Origin: a virus
Taxonomy: Duplodnaviria; Caudoviricetes
IMG/VR virus record: IMGVR_UViG_3300030059_002152
Location: 1-26,009 of that record
Strand: one strand, 5' to 3'
Length of the DNA: 26,009 nt
The translations under genes were made by a program, and so were the position numbers. The notes beneath the pieces were generated by a model. That model worked only from the letters and a program-made list of their open reading frames with translations, ran no database searches and was not told the DNA's origin. Shown here piece after piece: positions 25,766-26,009 of this stretch; position 1 is the stretch's first letter; every line of letters begins with the position of its first letter.

Positions 25766-25797
25766 CCACGCTTTTAAATTTTGTCTTACATATAGTA
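25765..25797 (+). promoter_or_regulatory. Phage promoter class A, copy 3
   Basis: ACCACGCT-TTTAAATTTTG-TCTTACATATAGTA, one base before the ATG at 25799. Confidence 0.7.
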
Positions 25798-25798
25798 T

Positions 25799-26009
25799 AT
25801 GAAAGACTTTAGACCACGATTAAAAGGCAATAAACTTACAGCCTTTAACAACCTATTTAAAATAGAAACTCGAGTATTAGTTATTGGAGATTTGCACGAA
25901 CCTTTTTGTTTAGATGGTTATTTGGATTTTTGTAAAGAATCTTATGCTAAATATCATTGCAATAAAGTAATCTTTATTGGAGATGTAATTGACAATTCGT
26001 ACTCATCCT
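25799..26009 (+). CDS. Calcineurin-like metallophosphoesterase (partial, runs off the window)
   Basis: MKDFRPRLKG...RVLVIGDLHEPF...KVIFIGDVIDNS: DxH and GDxxD motifs. Confidence 0.85.
   Translation, partial: MKDFRPRLKGNKLTAFNNLFKIETRVLVIGDLHEPFCLDGYLDFCKESYAKYHCNKVIFIGDVIDNSYSS

Larger units (their letters stand above)
1..26009 (+). mobile_element. Tailed dsDNA bacteriophage genome segment (siphovirus-like, probable Bacteroidota host)
   Basis: Terminase, portal, capsid, tape measure, tail fibre and lysis genes are all co-oriented. No host housekeeping genes and no integrase in the window. Confidence 0.95.

Noticed and set aside
1-26009. tRNA/rRNA genes, integrase/att sites, diversity-generating retroelement, alternative genetic code
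   Set aside because: No cloverleaf, recombinase, reverse transcriptase or TR/VR pair was noticed, and genes read through intact in the standard code.

Overview
AT-rich (roughly 30% GC by eye), gene-dense fragment of a tailed dsDNA phage, with every credible gene on the + strand. It is probably a siphovirus: it has a tape measure protein and a tail tube, and no sheath was recognised. A Bacteroidota (likely Flavobacteriia-type) host is inferred from A-rich leaders without Shine-Dalgarno sequences and TAnnTTTG-type promoters. Gene order: replication/recombination module (SSB-like, DnaA-C-like, initiator, DUF1064, sigma-like #1, NinB-like), terS-terL, accessory island, sigma-like #2, tail module, protease/scaffold/capsid/tail tube, portal/adaptor, tail fibre, lysis cassette, partial metallophosphoesterase. 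The most notable structure is regulatory. (1) After terL sits an island of three ~60-bp promoter/operator repeats, each leading into small unknown ORFs. It ends in an unannotated 42-aa ribbon-helix-helix-like gene and a terminator, resembling an acr-aca/anti-defence locus. (2) Two paralogous sigma-like genes co-occur with two distinct fixed-spacing motif families (ACCACGCT-N11-TCTTACWTATAGTA x3; ACAA-N15-GTTTTTAA x4), suggesting a sigma cascade. (3) A T9 slippery site supports a -1 frameshift in a tail-chaperone-like gene. (4) Near-identical direct repeats bracket the capsid/tail-tube module and the lysis module. Family assignments come from motif recognition only; no searches were run.
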